From contig CATNEN010000039.1 in the NCBI GenBank assembly GCA_950097015.1, forward strand, positions 8,928,001 through 8,992,000: 64,000 nt of DNA, in the 5' to 3' direction. A program made the translations under genes and the position numbers. Shown in pieces: positions 12,001-23,600 of this stretch; position 1 is the first letter of the stretch, and each line of letters begins with the position of its first letter. Source of the DNA: Macrostomum hystrix (lineage: Eukaryota > Animalia > Platyhelminthes). The notes beneath the pieces are model-generated. The model saw only the letters and a list, made by a program, of their open reading frames with translations, was not told the DNA's origin and did not search any database.

Positions 12001-14584
12001 AAACTGGCGCAGCTGCCAAGGGTGAGGCTGCCTAGCAGTTCTGCGAACAGAGTTGCTAGTCTGGGCCAGTTAGAGAGGCCTGATTGACAGGTTTCAGGTT
12101 ATGAAAGTAGAGCAGAATGGAGACATGAGATTGAGGGATAGCAATAAGATAGTGAAGGATAGGAACAGAATAGAGAACCAGATGAACTGCATTAAGAGTT
12201 AGAGGAACAGGATAGAGAGTGAGAGGAACAGGATAGAGAGTTAGAGGAACAGAACAGAGAGTGAGAAGAACAGAATAGAGAGTGAGAGGAACAAGATAGA
12301 GAATGTGAGGAACAGGATAGAGAGTGAGAGGAACAGGATAGAGAATGTGAGGAACAGAACAGAGAGTGAGAGGAACAGGATAGAGAGTGAGAGGAACAGG
12401 ATAGAGACTAAGAGGAACAGGATAGAGAATGGGAGGAACGGGATAGAGAAGGAGAGGAAAATGATAGAGACTTATAGGAACAGGATAGAGACTAAGAGAA
12501 ACAGGATAGAGAATGTAAGGAACGGGATAGAGAGTGAGAGGAACAGGATAGAGACTAAGAGGAACAGGATAGAGAGTGAGAGGAACAGGATTGCGACTAA
12601 GAGGAACAGGATAGAGACTAAGAGGAACAGGATAGAGAGTGAGAGGAACAGGATTGCGACTAAGAGGAACAGGATAGAGAGTAAGAGGAAAAGGATAGAG
12701 ACTAATAGGAACAGAATAGAGACTAAGAGGAACAGGATAGAGAGTGAGAGGAACAGGATAGAGAATGTGAGGAACAGAACAGAGAGTGAGAGGAACAGGA
12801 TAGAGAGTGAGAGAAACAGGATAGAGACTAAGAGGAACAGGATAGAGAATGGGAGGAACGGGATAGAGAAGGAGAGGAAAATGATAGAGACTAATAGGAA
12901 CAGGATAGAGACTAAGAGGAACAGGATAGAGAATGTGAGGAACAGAACAGAGAGTGAGAGGAACAGGATAGAGAGTGAGAGGAACAGGATTGCGACTAAG
13001 AGGAACAGGATAGAGAGTGAGAGGAACAGGATTGCGACTAAGAGGAACAGGATAGAGAGTGAGAGGTAAAGGATAGAGACTAATAGGAACAGAATAGAGA
13101 CTAAGAGGAACAGGATAGAGAGTGAGAGGAACAGGATAGAGAGTGTGAGGAACAGAACAGAGAGTGAGAGGAACAGGATAGAGAGTGAGAGGAACAGGAT
13201 AGAGAATGTGAGGAACAGAACAGAGAGTGAGAGGAACGGGATAGAGAAGGAGAGGAAAATGATAGAGACTAATAGGAACAGGATAGAGACTAAGAGAAAC
13301 AGGATAGAGAATGTGAGGAACGGGATAGAGAGTGAGAGGAACAGGATTGCGACTAAGAGGAACAGGATAGAGAGTGAGAGGAAAAGGATAGAGACTAATA
13401 GGAACAGGATAAAGACTAAAAGGAACAGGATAGAGAGTGAGAGGAACAGGATAGAGAATGTGAGGAACAGAACAGAGAGTGAGAGGAACAGGATAGAGAG
13501 TGAGAGGAACAGGATAGAGACTAAGAGGAACAGGATAGAGAATGGGAGGAACGGGATAGAGAATGAGAGGAACAGGATAGAGAATGAGATCAACTCGATA
13601 AAGTCTTACGAGTGTAATGTGTTTCTAGCAGCGAATCATGTGGTAATTAATTAAAACCACAGTTCTGGGAGACATGACACGATTCATGTGGATAAAGTAT
13701 TTCTAGGCTCTGAGGAAATCAAAAGTGCGCCTGCAAAATGACTGGCACAGTCAAGAGTTGCTGTCCCAGTTTTTTATGTTTTTTAGTTAATCTTGACTTG
13801 ATTTGACTGGCAGGCAACCATACAAGTACTAGATGATGCACCTGCTTTGCCATTTATTTCTTAAGTGTGCCTATCTATGTGTTTACGTCTAACCAAAAGC
13901 ATTACTCACAGTTAATAAACAGTTTTCTTTGACCGCAATTTTTGTTTGATTCTTTTCTATACTTTTTGTTGCTTAAATCTTCATTAATTAGCATAACCTG
14001 TTAACAAACTGAATAGTTAAAGCATATTATTGCTATGATTAAGAAATTAGAAAACTAATTAAGAAAACTAATGTTAACATATTCTGTTTAATATCTATAC
14101 CGTGTCTTAGCTTGCTAACTTCTTAAATCCTTGCTCAAATTTAGCCATTGTTTGTATAAAAACTGTAACAAATTGTGTGGCATAAACTTACACTCATTAT
14201 TGTTACACGCACACATACACACACAGGTATATTTGTAGCTTATACAAAAATTCATACTGCCTTTTCGTCCGGTTGTTGTTAACGATTCGCATTTATTACC
14301 GAGAGTTCCGGTTAAAATTCTGGTGGTTGTGCTGGCCCACCGGTCCATGGACTGAATCGCTGTACAAAGCTTTTGAAAGTTGTGGTTGGCTGTGCTCACG
14401 CCTTGCCCAACTAGACTAGGTGGCATTTATGATTAGCAATCAAGACGAAGGACGGCTTTGTCAGTTAGCGTGTCAAAGGATTTACCAGGAAAAAATAGCG
14501 TGTTCTTTCTAATGTTAATTGCAGATTAGTTACTATGGTTAAGCTGATTGTTAACTATTTCTTCTTCCAGAACTGAAGAAGTGA
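1..14584 (+). CDS. Divergent protein phosphatase 2A scaffold (A/PR65) subunit-like HEAT-repeat protein, 5'-partial, multi-exon
   Basis: GT-AG exons with consistent phases: <1-113, 423-860, 1006-1325, 1424-1546, 2449-2664, 10903-11042, 11280-11371, (11770-12021 candidate cassette), 14571-14584 (stop TGA). The spliced protein is colinear with PR65/PPP2R1 HEAT repeats: CYSKVSS..KSEL, EDNEPEVRRA, DQNWRVRLGVVKNLP, WLKDSASEIRDSA, DGNYQFR, DKVPNVRLAVVKAL, and the C-terminal ELSKDDDSDVRFYAEDA. Confidence 0.85.
1555..2342. repeat. 42-bp minisatellite (~19 copies) in intron 1547-2448
   Basis: Unit GTAGAGCGTCCCCTTCCCAGCCTTGAATCCTCAAATCTCCAG, starting a few nt after the donor. A degenerate copy lies at ~2395-2430 next to the acceptor. 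Confidence 0.97.
2720..10873. repeat. ~8.1-kb 35-bp satellite (~230 copies) in intron 2665-10902
   Basis: Unit GTGTGCAGTGTAGCTGCAATCAGCTGAAGATACAG. Only two recurrent variants: a 34-bp GTGGCAG form and a CTCCAAT form. Confidence 0.99.
12150..13590. repeat. Purine-rich 21-bp minisatellite
   Basis: Unit GAGGAACAGGATAGAGAGTGA and variants. It produces the artefactual RNRIESE / SILFLSL ORFs. Confidence 0.95.
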
Positions 14585-15006
14585 AGCGGATGCGGGCAAT
14601 GGCCGGACCCGCCTCTGCTCTGCGTTGGCCACGGCAGCCACGCTTGACAGTGTGTTTCTCTCAGATTTCTGTTGTTGGTCTCATTTCAATTTTGCTGTTG
14701 TTAATTTGAGAGTTAAATAATATTATTATTTAATTAAATAATTATGGCCCTGCGTACAGCGAAGGTCTGTGTTTCTCACTTATAATAATACCACTGTCTG
14801 CGTTATATTTGCCCTCTTATACGAAAATGTTTGATTGATTTTTTTCTTTTTCACTTCAAGATTGAGCAAATTTATTTGCATCTGACATTTGGTTGCATGT
14901 TTTTATTTAGTGGCCAATACTCAGAAGCTAATTGCTGTGCAGTATTTGCTCTGTAAGACAGCTGTGATAGCTGAAACCGTAGAAGCAGTTCTAGGAATAT
15001 TTTACC

Positions 15007-15360
15007 GGAATCGAAGCAGTAGCTCAATAAGGAATCGAAGCAGGAGCTCAAGGAGGTATCGAATCAGGAACTCTAGGAGGAATCGAAGCAGTAGCAAAAA
15101 GGAGGAATCGATCGCAGGAGCTCAAGGAGGAATCGAAGCAGGAGCTCAAGGAAGAATCGAAGCAGGAGCTCAAGGAGGAATCGAAGCAGGAGCTCAAGGA
15201 AGAATCGAAGCAGGAGCTCAAGGAGGAATCGAAGCAGGAGCTCAAGGAGGTATCGAATCAGGAACTCAAGGAAGAATCGAAGCAGTAGCTCAAGGAAGAA
15301 TCGAAGCAGGAGTCTTAGTAAGAATCGAACCAGGAGCTCAAGGAGGAATCGAAGCAGGGG
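15007..15360. repeat. 24-bp GGAATCG-family minisatellite (~14 copies)
   Basis: Unit GGAATCGAAGCAGGAGCTCAAGGA. Confidence 0.93.
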
Positions 15361-15967
15361 TTGAAATAGTATAAAATTTGGGTAGCCTCACAGGGAATCG
15401 AGTTAAATACTGTCTTACTGTCAGGACAAGGACAGATTTTCATTTTCGTGTTTTGATTCTCAAATATTTATTTAAAGTAACTCGGTAGTAATAAACAATT
15501 TAGCACTTTGCTTATCCATGTTACACTTTTTTTACCTTCGATTTCTATTACGAAAATAAAAAACCTACAAAGTACACTTATTAGTAAATTCACTTGCTGA
15601 TTGTAACTCACTCATTCAATTGCACAAGATTTTGTCACCGATTCTGTCTGCTTGTTGTTTAACTAAAACTATAGCAGCCTGTTGTTATTTATAAATTCCT
15701 AGCATGTAGATCCTTTCAGTGTTTCTGTCTGCCGTGTGTGTTTGTCCTAGAGCAGGATCTCTTATTGTTTACTGAGCTCATGAAGCGCTTATTATAATTA
15801 CATTGTTATCCTTCTTAACATTTTAAAATATTTTTTTTTCGAAATTTTTTTTTTACTCAGCTTAAAATTCTTCTGACTTTAACATACTTTTAGTAGGGGA
15901 CCAATTTGTGTAGCTGTTGTTTTTTATGCTAGAGCTGACCGAGATAGCAAATTGAATATCGAAAAAG

Positions 15968-16472
15968 ACCCCATAACATTCCTGCAGCCAATAGGAGCTG
16001 TAGGTCTCCCACCCCAGAACATTCCTGCAGCCAATAGGAGCTGTAGGTCTGCCACCCCAGAACATTCCTGCAGCCAATAAGAGCTGTGGATCTGCCACCC
16101 CAGAACATTCCTGCAGCCAATAAGAGCTGTGGATCTGCCACCCCATAATATTCCTGCAGCCAATAGGAGCTGTAGGTCTGCCACCCCAGAACATTCCTGC
16201 AGCCAATAAGAGCTGTGGATCTGCCACCCCATAATATTCCTGCAGCCAATAGGAGCTGTAGGTCGGCCACCCCAGAACATTCCTGCAGCCAATAAGAGCT
16301 GTAGGTCTGCCACCCCAGAACATTCCTGCAGCCAATAAGAGCTGTAGGTCTGCCACCCCAAAACATTCCTGCAGCCAATAAGAGCTGTAGGTCTGCCACC
16401 CCATAACATTTCTGCAGCGTATAAGAGCTGTGGTCTGCCACTCGAGAATATGCTTGCAGCCAATCAGAGCTG
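15968..16472. repeat. 43-bp minisatellite (~12 copies), each with a CCAAT motif
   Basis: Unit CCCCAGAACATTCCTGCAGCCAATA(A/G)GAGCTGTAGGTCTGCCA. Period 43 (16011 to 16054). Confidence 0.95.
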
Positions 16473-17289
16473 TTTAACAGTTAGCTTGGCCAAGTCTCGG
16501 ATTATCTGAGACAAAAAAATTTTTCCTTTTTTATCGAAGGAGCGCGCATAAAATTACTGACTGTGAAGTGTGTTTATTTTTTCTAATTAATCAGACTGTG
16601 TTGTACACAATTATTGATTTTACCTTACAAAAGCGATTCGTTTCAATAAATTGGCGAACAAAATGATATGGCAACAAGCTGTGTGACAGACATTCATTCA
16701 CCCCGCTATGACTCTAAGTTGCTCTCTTAGTGATTGCGAGAAAGCCAGTTCTTTTCCTGTTGTTTTTGTTTCAAGTAATTTTATTTAAATAGCAAAAAAT
16801 TCAGTTTTTATATATACTGCCAGTGAACATTCTACTTCTGTGTTTTCTATTGAATTATTTAGTTTTGTTTGCTTTTGTTATTTAATGCTTGAAGTCTTGA
16901 AGTCGAGGTTAAATTATGGTTGGCAAATCTTAAAAAACGATTTCGATTCCTGAAAAACACGAAAGTTTCATTCGAGTTTTTTTACCCGAATACCTGTGTT
17001 TTCTGTATTTTGAAAGGCAGGTCAAGGCCAGGTAGATCGGAATGCAGTAACTTGCAGGCTTGGCTTCTGCTGCCTCCACTTCTAGTTCGCCGGCGCAGCT
17101 TTGAGGGGACAACCAAATTTTTTTCCACTTCTCTCTCTTTACCCGACATTTTCTCTTCTGCGTATCTTAGGGCCACATGAAAGTGCAAAACACTGCTTGG
17201 AAGGATCGAAGATTAAGTGACCCGGCAGTCTAGGTGTTCAACTCGACTTACCGAGCTAGAAATGCTTTCTGCGGACTAACTATACTAAT

Positions 17290-17610
17290 AATTATTATTA
17301 TTTCAGAAGGGCTGCGGGCAATGACATCATTTGGTGATACTAGACCCGCACCCATTTAGATGAGTACACATGAGTACACCCGCACCCATTTAGATGAGTA
17401 CACAGATGAGTATACACTCTTGAGTACACACGCACACAAGTGTGTACATCTGCCCTGACTGTGCCTTCGAGGTTGGCCCTCAAGGGCTTATATTGCACTA
17501 CAAACCCCCAAGCCTTCTGTCCGCGGCTGCGCCCCAATTTCATGTGGCCTCACCGCAGAATCAAGCTCAGGGACCTTGGTGCAAACACCACTCTTCTGCC
17601 ACTCACCCCC
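17290..17610 (-). mobile_element. tRNA-derived SINE, family A (copy 1)
   Basis: Reverse complement matches the copies at 28042 and 44002: GGGGTGAGTGGCAG head, CCAAGGTCCCTGAGCT..ATT B-box-like segment, GCGGGTCTAGT, CATTGCCCGCAGCCC and an AT-rich tail. Confidence 0.85.
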
Positions 17611-17694
17611 TTAGTGCGGACTGTGTGTTCTTTTTAGTGGAGTTTGCTGACTGCGCATTATCATTGCACAAATTCTAATTGTACATCGTTTCAG

Positions 17695-20600
17695 TCTAGC
17701 CAAGCCAAATCTAGCTCTAGCGGTGGCGGCGTCCACTGCGAAGACGACTGCCAGGACGCCGAAGACGATGATTCATCGTCCTCCTCATTGTCGGCTTCGC
17801 TGGCTGCGCCAACACCCGCGATTGCCGAGGCCTCCGACAGTCCAGTTGCTCTCTCTGACGCTTTGGAACACTTTCGCAGAGATTGGCGCCAGGAATTGCA
17901 GTCCCGTCAAGGCGTTGATCGACTCCAGCAGCTAGGCAGGCAGCAGCAGCAACAGAAGCAGCAGCAACAACAGCAGAAGCAGCAGCATCAGAAGCAGTCA
18001 ACGCAACGGCAGTCGTTTGAGCTTGCAGAATCAATGCAAAATCGACTGCATCTACAGACTGCAGTGACTACCTTGCAAAGCGACGACGATGACAATGACG
18101 AAAATGAAGATCGACAAGTGGAAGCTGACGAGGAAAGAGTGAAAGAAACAGAGTCCAACAAGGAAGACAATGACGTTGTGAAAGAGTTGAGCGAGCCGAC
18201 AGTTAGCGCCGATGCGGCAGGCGGCCTGGCCAGCTTGCCGTCCGAGTGTCTGCTTCGAATCGCCCGCTGGATCGTTGGCGGCAATAGCCAGCTGGACTAT
18301 CGCTCGCTGTGCCGCCTAGCTGGCGTATCTCGCCTGTTCCATCGTCTGGCTCATGATCGTTTAATCTGGTCGAAAGTCGGCCACCGCCTATGGGGCTTGG
18401 ATTGTGCCAATCGCGAACTCGTGCTCAGCCGTGCTCAGCCACTGTTCGATGGAGTTTACATTGGCAAGTGCAGCTATGTGCGCATAGGCGAGCGCGACAT
18501 CGGCCAGTGCTACAGGCCCTGCTTCCTAGTTGAATACTATCGCTACCTGCGATTTTATCCGCCGCCTCGAGGCCAAGCCATGCGCGGCCGAGTCGAACTG
18601 CTCACGGCCAACGATCCGCCTGAGCTCATCTTGCCTGGCATGTCTCAGCAGGCCGGCCTGCTCACTGGCGAGTACAGGTTCTCCCTGCCAGCTGATGAAT
18701 CCGAGCCCTGTCTAATTCAGTGCGTTTTCCGAACCCGGCAAACCGGCAGCTCTGGCGGCTCCGCCGGCGCTGGAAGGCGCGGTCTGGCGGCCCCCAGCTG
18801 GGAGAGAAGCGTTGATTATTTTTGCGATTTTCAAGTTCAGCCTGCGCCACCCATAGCTGGCCTGGCAGATTTGGCCGCCGACATTGGCGAGGCCAGTTCC
18901 AAGGCTGGTAGAAGGCGCCATCGACTCATGAGCCGGTGGAATTGTCGCATCCAATGGCTGCGATACGAGATGGGCGTCAGGTGAGACTGAAGTCATGTTC
19001 CTATGTGACCTGCTACACCTGAAACCTGTCTTTCAGTGTGACCTGCTCCACCTGTAACCTGTCCTTCAATGTGACCTGCTCCACCTGAAACCTGTCCTTC
19101 AGTGTGACCTGCTCCACCTGAAACCTGTCCTTCAGTGTGACCTGCTCCACCTGAAACCTGTCTTTCAGTGTGACCTGCTCCACCTGTAACCTGTCCTTCA
19201 GTGTGACCTGCTCCACCTGAAACCTGTCCTTCAGTGTGACCTGCTCCACCTGAAACCTGTCCTTCAGTGTGACCTGCTCCACCTGAAACCTGTCCTTCAG
19301 TGTGACCTGCTCCACCTGAAACCTGTCCTTCAGTGTGACCTGCTCCACCTGAAACCTGTCCTTCAGTGTGACCTGCTCCACCTGAAACCTGTCCTTCAGT
19401 GTGACCTGCTCCACCTGAAACCTGTCCTTCAGTGTGACCTGCTCCACCTGAAACCTGTCCTTCAGTGTGACCTGCTCCACCTGAAACCTGTCCTTCAGTG
19501 TGACCTGCTCCACCTGAAACCTGTCCTTCAGTGTGACCTGCTCCACCTGAAACCTGTCCTTCAGTTTAACCTATTCCTTAGTCCAGGGGTCGGCAAACTC
19601 CGGAACGTGGGCCAGATGCGGCCCTCGAAGCCCCTAAATCTGGCCCGTTGCCCTTTCCACCACCTATAGTATCCTGTCTCATCTCTCTATTGTCTTATCT
19701 GTCCTGTGTCTAATTATCTCTCCCCTGTCTCATCTCTGCCGTGTCTCCCGTCTCTCCAGTCTTATCTATTCTCATCTCTGGCTCAATCCTCCCCTGTCTC
19801 GTCTATCGGAGTCTCATCTCTCCCATTTCTCATCTATCCTGTGTCCCATCTCTCCCATTTATCATCTCTCCCATTTCTCATCTCTCGCATTTCTCATCTA
19901 TCCTGTGTCTCATCTCTCCCCTTTCTCATATTCCTACAGTTAATACGGCCCGCTGTCGTCCTAGGTTCTCTCCGTGGCCCGCTCGCTAAAAAGTTTGCCG
20001 ACCCCTGCCTTAGTCCCCACCTGAAACCCAGTTATTTTCAACTTAACTTGTTAATTTTCTAAAAGATTGCGCGGACTGCTTATTTTTAGAAGTCCACATC
20101 GGATTGGCCTGGCCAGTTCACTTTTTGAAATTCAGTGCGGGTGACCGTCAACCATTAACATGTTCATAAAATGTTTTATTAATCATTTTCCCGTCTGTTG
20201 CAGTCTGAGTGTCATTTGATATTGTATTTGAGTATTCTTTAACAAAGCTCGTCTCTAACATCTGAATGTCTAAGCAATGCCCAGCTCGCCATCCTAACAA
20301 TCCCTGTGGCAATTGTTGTCTGCCTTCGCTTTAACATCAGATCAGTTAACTCCCGATAGAAAATATGCGTGAGTTATCCGCATCCGGATATGGATTTGGT
20401 CTTACAGACGTCATTGAGGTAGTAAGTAGCAGCCCTGTGTATTGAAATAGCATGGATATAATCTATTAATTTCTATTTTAACATTATTTATATGTGTACA
20501 TATCTGGAAATGTAAGCTTACACGCTGCCTTGGCAAAAAATAAGTCCGGCGCTAGCTAAGCAATGTTCAGGCAAAGAAAGACAGAATTCCTATTCGGCAT

Positions 20601-23600
20601 TCTTTTTGTTGACGCTGGGAGCAGCTGGAGACAACTGACCCTTGAAAGCCGCCAAGAGGCACAAATTCAGATGGAATTGACAGGACCAAACAGCGGGTAG
20701 TCCTTCCGCTGCTAGCGCAACTGGCTTCCAGGGTCAAGCTTCACAGCCTCCCTCTATCTCTAGTCGCGCTGTGACTAACTGTGGAACAGCTCGGTGGAAG
20801 AAAGCATGAGGAATATTCCTGACAGATTTCAACAGACTGTTTCTGTCTGCATTCGGCCTGTCTATGCTTTTTAAATGGCAATTCTCCTCCTTTAGAAAGC
20901 TGACTAGCTCGCCGGTCAATTAAACGCAAATAGTCTTATAATCTGTTGGAGAAGTTCAAGTAGCAAAGTTTCTTGGGCCCGCAAATCTATTCCACAAGAA
21001 TGAGTCTCGCCACAGACATGCGAACTGGCCATTGGGCATGTCATTTCACTTACATTTTACGCCCATCCAGCTGGCGCAAATGCATCGGCCAGCTATAGGC
21101 CGCATTCTTGTTATCGCCAATTTAAATGCAGAGAGATCAGTCTTCTCTTTCTCTGTCTGTTCTCTGTCTCTCTATTTCCTCTGTGTTCGGCTTCTAATAA
21201 ACTTTGCATTGCCATAGGCCGAACTATCTGGCCGTGTATCTGTCTCTCGGGATTGACTGGTGAAATTTTAACTAGAACTTGACTGATCGCGTCTGTGCCT
21301 CTCGCACTCTTGCTTTACCCCGACTACGAACATTGATGCCCTGAGCTCAGCTCACAGAGCTATCGTTTAGTACTGACTGAGTTGACTAGATATGCTTTAG
21401 TTAAATAAGTAATAAATGATGGACATTAGTTGGAATCGATTCCTCCTCAATCTCCAGACCGCAATATTTGGCATAGTTGGCAAAAATATTACTACTGAAG
21501 TATTACCACCCATCAGTAAAACGGCTCGCTAGTTAAAAATGAATTGATTATATTGTGAGTCACAGTAATTCAGATTTTGGTAATTCAAAGCAGAAAATAC
21601 ATGTTGCCATCGTATAAAAATATTCATATAAAATATTCGTCGAATCGTTAAGGCGATGTTGCGTGACGTCGGCATTGATTGACTCTAACAAAGCGAAGAG
21701 AAGATATGTGGGCTCTAGTAGCTATGCTGGCTTAATGCCTGTCTTCTGTAACTTGACCGCGTCACCTGAAGATGGCATGTTGAATGCTGAGAGCACGAGA
21801 AAAAATGTTTCGTCAAAAAGGTTCTTTAAACCAAAGATAAGAAAAAATACATCGACGAGACCCAAGACTTCTTATTCGAATAAAATACAAGCACTATGAT
21901 TACATAATAAACAACTGTATTCTTGTGACGCATTTTGCATTTCTGATTTCAAAGAAAAAATCTATCTAAATTAAAATAGTCATTGTCGTGTTGTTTTTTC
22001 CTAAAATATTTTTTAACTAAAACTTTAAATGCTTCCTTTGAAAGCGTTCTTTTATTGATCACAAGTAATAGTATACTGAAGACTTTATATTAATGTATAA
22101 GTATGTTTGCTGCAAAGTCGCACAAGCGAGTTTAGAGGCGAGTTTATTTGCCTATTTTGACTGCGCCCTGATATCGCAATCCATCGCCAGTTTTGGCATT
22201 TTCGCTTCTCTCTCCTGCTGTGACAAAAGCGGTCGAGCTATGCCATCCTTACTATTTGCGGGTATCAGCTTTGGCTGTCGGTATAAGTTGGGATTGGCGG
22301 AATGGTCGTATGATTTGCCTCTGGTCTTATCTCTGTGACTTGGTGACCGGCCCCTATCCAGCGTCGGCTCGAAGTTGACCGGACTGGCCAGGGACAAGTC
22401 TTCAGCGCCGACTTGTCTGCTGATTTCGTCTCTTCCGCTCTGCTTGACCCTAGACGGGCTAGGAAGCTTCCGCAACAGCGCTCGAACGTTATAGGAAAAT
22501 ATAATAAGTATTATCTCGGCAAACTCGCACAGTGTCACCATTGACACCCCAATCCATAAACCTGCGTCAGGTGGAGAAATCAGGTAGTTTGTAAGTCGCG
22601 TTACGCACCACAATAACCAGGTAACAATGTGTAAGATAGGTAAAATGTAAGGAGTAAATGGCTTCTTACCCATTATTCCTCCGAGATCTGAAAACAGATT
22701 CACCAGTTCGTAGCTTCTTTCCTCGTATAGTTGCCTCACGGTGAGTGTTTTCGGGTAAACTCTTAGTTGCAGGAAGCTCTGGCGAATAATGTTGTGCACT
22801 TGATGGCAATGGCTGTCATTTTTAAACGTGTTGCTTTTCAGATTTAGCTGACTCTCCATGCAGTAGCTTAGGTTTATGTTGTGAAGAGCTATCGAATGGT
22901 TGAGAGCGTGATTGTTATTAATCATTTTGTTGAGCTGGTTGACCCGATTTTGTAGCATGCGAGCAATCCGAGCTAAACGAATATTCGCTCCACGAATCTC
23001 TAGGCTCAGATCGGGCCAGCGGCTTTGAAACACGGAGAAGTCATAGGTTGTGTACTTGCACATGTTCAGGCACTTGGACTGTCTGCGACCCGACTTCAGC
23101 TCGGGCAGCGCGCAGCGCAGATTCTTCATGCGCTGGTTTAACCGACTCCTGAACGCTTGCTCCAGTTCACTGGACAATTCTAACTGCTCGGACATTGGCA
23201 TTCTGTAGTAGGCAGACATTGTTAGATGCTTCAAATCTGGCGAAAGAATCTTGTGTTTTCTAGCGATTGGCCTGCCGCTTAAAAAGGTCACCATGTCGTC
23301 TATCAAAGGTATTATCTCATCGGGATTCTGAGCTCCCAATATGTCCTGACAGAAGTTAATCGGTTTATGGCCGCTTCCGTGTGTTTCGGTCTGAACTAGG
23401 CCTTCTATAGTGCAGTTGCACATGTCCTGAATGCGCTTCATGTGTTCAAACGTTGTACAGTCTGTCAGCTGCTTCTCGTAGCTTTCTGTCTTACTGAAAC
23501 AAATAAGATAGTTAATCGCATTTTAACTCGCAATATAAACTTACTTAATTAGCTCTTTGCCATTGAATAGTTTTAGGTGACTTGTTGCGAAACCGAATTT

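Noticed and set aside
12305-13654. Coiled-coil-like RNRIESE ORFs and a hydrophobic antisense ORF
   Set aside because: Translation of a 21-bp minisatellite, interrupted by a frameshift, with no splice or homology support.
21430-21456. Single GGAGGAATCGAT motif on the minus strand ~700 nt downstream of the DEG/ENaC stop
   Set aside because: It resembles the 24-bp family core but is one short, non-tandem match, too weak to count as a fourth instance.
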